Origin: Naegleria gruberi
Lineage: Eukaryota
DNA: 1,534 bases
Assembly (NCBI GenBank): GCA_000004985.1
Contig: GG739391.1
Direction: 5' to 3' (one strand)
Below the pieces are notes generated by a model. It worked only from the letters and a program-made list of their open reading frames with translations, did not search any database and was not told where the DNA came from. The translations under genes were made by a program, and so were the position numbers. Shown here piece by piece: positions 1-1,534 of this stretch (its first letter is position 1; each line of letters opens with the position of its first letter).

Positions 1-316
1 ATGATTGAGATCAGTCGATTTTTCACAACTGTAATCTTTAAAACAGTGGTTGTCATCCAACCCAGATGTAACAACTACTATTAAATAATTCAAATGAGCT
101 TGGAGTTGCTCAAACCCGTTGCTTCTTCTCAAAAGAGTGACTTATTCAACCTTTTGGTGGGGATTGTACAATACTGTTCAACAAATTAACATTGTCTTTT
201 CTTAATGAACTTTTCCTTCATCCTAATTATAAAGGAATTTTTACAAGTAGATGGAAAATGTTCAAAACTGGCTATAGATGGTATAATTCCATTGAACTAT
301 ACTCAAATTCTTAATA
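1..316. repeat. Repeat unit copy 1 (316 bp)
   Basis: Starts atgattgagatcagtcgatttttcacaactgtaatctttaaaacagtggttgtcatccaaccc. Ends ...actcaaattcttaata immediately before the next atgattgag. Has a 1-nt insertion (cccAgatgta) relative to copies 2 and 3. Confidence 0.9.
95..112. repeat. Small conserved palindrome inside the repeat core (tgagc-N8-gctca). It recurs at 409-426 and 723-740.
   Basis: tgagcttggagt(t/g)gctca has 5-bp perfectly complementary arms in all three copies. The only variable base (t/g) lies in the loop. Confidence 0.5.
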
Positions 317-630
317 ATGATTGAGATTGGTCGATTTTTCACAACTGTTATCTTTAAAACAGTGGTTGTTATCCAACCCGATGTAAAAACCACTTAAAAT
401 TGTTTCAAATGAGCTTGGAGTGGCTCAAACCCGTTGCTTCTTTTCAAAAAAGAGACTTATCCAACCTTTTGAATGAGAATGTATTATACTATACAACAAA
501 TTAAAATTTTTGCATTCTTTGAACTTTTCTTACTTCACAATAATTAAGGAAGTTTTACAAGTGGTTGGAAAATGTTCTAAACTGTATGTAGATGGTAACA
601 TTCCAATGGAGTATACTCAAAATCTTAATA
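317..630. repeat. Repeat unit copy 2 (314 bp)
   Basis: Starts atgattgagattggtcgatttttcacaactgttatctttaaaacagtggttgttatccaaccc. Homologous to copy 1 along its full length, about 85% overall and over 93% in the first ~135 bp. Ends ...actcaaaatcttaata. Confidence 0.9.
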
Positions 631-940
631 ATGACTGAGATTAGTCGATTTTTCACAACTGTAATCTTTAAAACAGTGGTTGTCATCCAACCCGATGTAA
701 AAACGACTTGAAACTATTTCAAATGAGCTTGGAGTGGCTCAAACCCGTTGCTTCTTTTCAAAAAAGTTCCTGATCGAGCAATGTGATGAGGCTGTAATAC
801 ACTATTCAACAAAGTAAATTGTTTGCAATCTTAGGGTTTGGATCCCATGTCAACCCCTATTTATTAAGCTTTTCTCCTTAAATACATTAACAATATATAT
901 CATAAATGATGTCAAAAGATGGTGATTGTAATGGGGCACA
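631..940. repeat. Repeat unit copy 3, array-edge copy. 631-768 is highly conserved. 769-~940 is strongly diverged and carries an apparent insertion around 835-870. The 3' end is uncertain.
   Basis: 631-768 matches copies 1 and 2 almost base for base through ...gcttcttttcaaaaaag. Beyond that only patchy similarity remains. gtaatacactattcaacaaagtaaattgtttgcaatctt matches gtattatactatacaacaaattaaaatttttgcattctt. gcttttctccttaaatacattaac matches aacttttccttcatcctaattat. aagatggtgattgtaatgg matches tagatggtataattccattg. Confidence 0.7.
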
Positions 941-1015
941 ATATTCGGCTGATGTGAAATTGTTAAATATTTATATATATCAAGTTATGATGGTGGCTAG
1001 TGGCAATAAAATCAC

Positions 1016-1062
1016 TTGATCAAAATTATTTTTGCCGGTTGATCAAACCGAAAAACGCGCGG
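1016..1062. promoter_or_regulatory. Pair of TTGATCAA palindromes (1016-1023, 1039-1046) 23 bp apart. The second is embedded in the near-palindrome ccggttgatcaaaccg, which is followed by a CpG cluster (aaaaacgcgcgg).
   Basis: There are exact 8-bp palindromes at both positions. 5 CpGs fall within 1036-1061, while the rest of the 1.5-kb window has about 14 CpGs in total. The region is locally GC-rich within an AT-rich background. The regulatory role is inferred only. Confidence 0.2.
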
Positions 1063-1138
1063 AAAAGTTAAAAATAGATTCGAGTTGATGTGAAAATGGC
1101 TCAGAATCGAAAGGATTAACAAAGCTTACTACTATATT

Positions 1139-1170
1139 GGAAGTGAAAGTGCCATTTGGCACTCACTTCC
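1139..1170. repeat. Near-perfect inverted repeat or hairpin, with a 13-bp stem, a 2-nt bulge and a 4-nt loop
   Basis: In ggaagtgaaagtgcc-attt-ggcactcacttcc, ggaagtg (1139-1145) pairs with cacttcc (1164-1170) and agtgcc (1148-1153) pairs with ggcact (1158-1163). The two bulged bases are a1146-a1147 (equivalently a1147-a1148, if a1146 pairs with t1163), and the loop is attt. Confidence 0.6.
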
Positions 1171-1274
1171 ATCAACTTTATCATAGAAATCACTCTTGAA
1201 ACATGAATTGTACTATAATGTGTGAGTAACATACTGGTGTTGGAATTGATCAATAACTCTATGAATTGACTGAG

Positions 1275-1298
1275 ATGGAACGTAAACCTTCTTCTAAG
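1275..1298 (+). other. Putative ATG-initiated mini-exon (ATG GAA CGT AAA CCT TCT TCT AAG, that is MERKPSSK) ending exactly at a canonical splice donor
   Basis: The ATG is at 1275-1277. The frame runs open to 1298, then is followed by GTAAGT. A possible TATA-like ctataat lies at 1214-1220, about 55 bp upstream. This is highly speculative. If the segment is unspliced the frame stops after 10 codons, and if spliced at 1349/1350 it stops 18 codons later, unless further introns exist. Confidence 0.15.
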
Positions 1299-1349
1299 GT
1301 AAGTTAGTGGAATTTAAGATACTGAGCCATCAATGTGAAACTTTCTTAG
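1299..1349 (+). other. Putative 51-nt spliceosomal intron (GTAAGT...TTTCTTAG)
   Basis: The exon/intron junction AAG|GTAAGTTAG matches the canonical metazoan and fungal 5' splice site. A pyrimidine-rich ctttcttAG lies 51 nt downstream, a typical length for compact-intron eukaryotes. A single GTAAGT is expected about once by chance in 3 kb of AT-rich double-stranded sequence, so this alone is weak. Confidence 0.25.
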
Positions 1350-1534
1350 ATTATTCTACTCATCAAGAGGAGTGTATTCATATTTGATACTTGTATGATA
1401 TTTTGAAAAATGAATGAGATGGAGTATATTCTATATGTTGAAATGTGACAATTTGACAGATTGTTATTATTATCATACTGAATTCAATTCTAATAGACTA
1501 AAATTGATACCATAGGTATAATAGTGTCATTAAA

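Larger units (their letters stand above)
1..940. repeat. Tandem (head-to-tail) array of a ~315-bp AT-rich satellite-like repeat, with 2 full copies and a third diverged edge copy. It probably continues upstream of the window.
   Basis: Direct alignment by eye. 1-63 is near-identical to 317-378 and 631-692, with about 2-4 mismatches per 63 nt. The unit boundary motif cttaataATGA(T/C)TGAGAT recurs at 311-326 and 625-640. The first copy starts at base 1, so the array is likely truncated by the window. Confidence 0.88.

Noticed and set aside
1-84. Each repeat unit opens with an ATG-initiated 26-27-codon ORF. It reads M(I/T)EI(S/G)RFFTTVIFKTVVVIQPDVKTT* in copies 2 and 3 (317-397 and 631-711) and MIEISRFFTTVIFKTVVVIQPRCNNYY* in copy 1 (1-84). 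It is hydrophobic and micropeptide-like, and 3 of the 5 variable sites in the first 63 nt fall on third codon positions.
   Set aside because: Copy 1 carries a 1-nt insertion (cccAgatgta) that shifts the frame relative to copies 2 and 3, so the C-terminal third is not conserved at the amino-acid level. ORFs of this size are expected by chance in any sequence. With only 5 variable sites the third-position bias is not significant. Nucleotide-level conservation of the repeat core explains it fully. Only Ribo-seq or proteomics could revive the idea.
170-188. Nematode piRNA (21U-RNA) upstream Ruby-motif-like sequences (CTGTTTCA), for example tactgttcaac in copy 1 and ttgtttcaaatg at 410-421 in copy 2
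   Set aside because: The matches are partial, being ctgttcaa (missing a T) and gtttca without the CT-G context. They are not followed by the expected AT-rich ~20-nt spacer plus T-initiated 21-mer, since the downstream sequence gagcttggagtggctc is GC-richer. They are also not conserved across copies, where they read taattcaaatg and ctatttcaaatg. This is likely coincidence.
893-980. Short (TA)n runs at 893-900 and 972-980
   Set aside because: There are only 4-4.5 dinucleotide units each. That is expected at this frequency in about 67% AT sequence and too short to call a microsatellite.
1034-1067. Considered whether the GC-rich ccggttgatcaaaccgaaaaacgcgcgg segment could be part of a tRNA or other small structured RNA gene
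   Set aside because: There is no cloverleaf-compatible arrangement, no T-arm GTTCRANYC-like motif, and no A-box or B-box spacing. The segment is too short and unstructured beyond the single 5-bp stem.
951-1098. Repeated 10-mer tgatgtgaaa at 951-960 and 1085-1094, with related aatgtgaaa at 1333-1341
   Set aside because: The expected number of chance repeated 10-mers in 1.5 kb of AT-biased sequence is about 1 or more. There is no extended similarity around the matches.
1178-1183. GATA-type sites (TGATAA on the minus strand) at 1178-1183 and 1470-1475
   Set aside because: A 6-mer motif occurs by chance several times in AT-rich DNA. There is no extended consensus (ACTGATAAGA-like) and nothing to suggest function without expression or conservation data.
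1-1534. Prokaryotic interpretations (CRISPR array, defence island, phage, IS element, toxin-antitoxin)
   Set aside because: The repeat period of ~315 bp with about 85-95% identity and no unique spacers is incompatible with CRISPR, which has 24-50-bp repeats and spacers of similar size. There are no ORFs of gene size, no transposase-like ORF, no terminal inverted repeats flanking a coding module, and no Shine-Dalgarno-led genes. The sequence statistics and the AAG|GTAAGT junction fit eukaryotic non-coding DNA better.

Overview
This window is AT-rich DNA (GC roughly one third) and non-coding in all six frames. I enumerated stop codons by hand and found no ORF longer than about 57 codons; outside the repeats most are under 40 codons. 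The main structure is a head-to-tail tandem repeat with a period of about 315 bp. Copies 1 (1-316) and 2 (317-630) are full length and about 85% identical. Copy 3 begins at 631, keeps about 95% identity over its first ~138 bp, and then degenerates, consistent with the edge of the array, with faint homology persisting to about 940. The array is already running at base 1, so it probably extends upstream of the window. Each unit has a strongly conserved 5' core of about 135 bp containing two small conserved palindromes, and a faster-evolving 3' half. Downstream of the array (about 940-1534) is unique AT-rich sequence with no gene-sized ORF. It contains three local signals. First, a CpG-bearing GC islet with two TTGATCAA palindromes 23 bp apart (1016-1062). 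Second, a 13-bp-stem near-perfect inverted repeat (1139-1170). Third, a textbook eukaryotic splice-donor context AAG|GTAAGT (1296-1304), preceded by an 8-codon ATG-initiated segment and followed 51 nt later by a TTTCTTAG acceptor-like site. The missing ORFs, the satellite-like array and the short canonical intron-like segment fit intergenic or intronic eukaryotic DNA better than a prokaryotic locus. Compact-intron genomes such as nematodes are possible, but I cannot name the organism or repeat family from sequence alone. I see no evidence of a protein-based system (defence, CRISPR, toxin or mobile-element genes). The interesting signals are structural and regulatory and are all low-to-moderate confidence.
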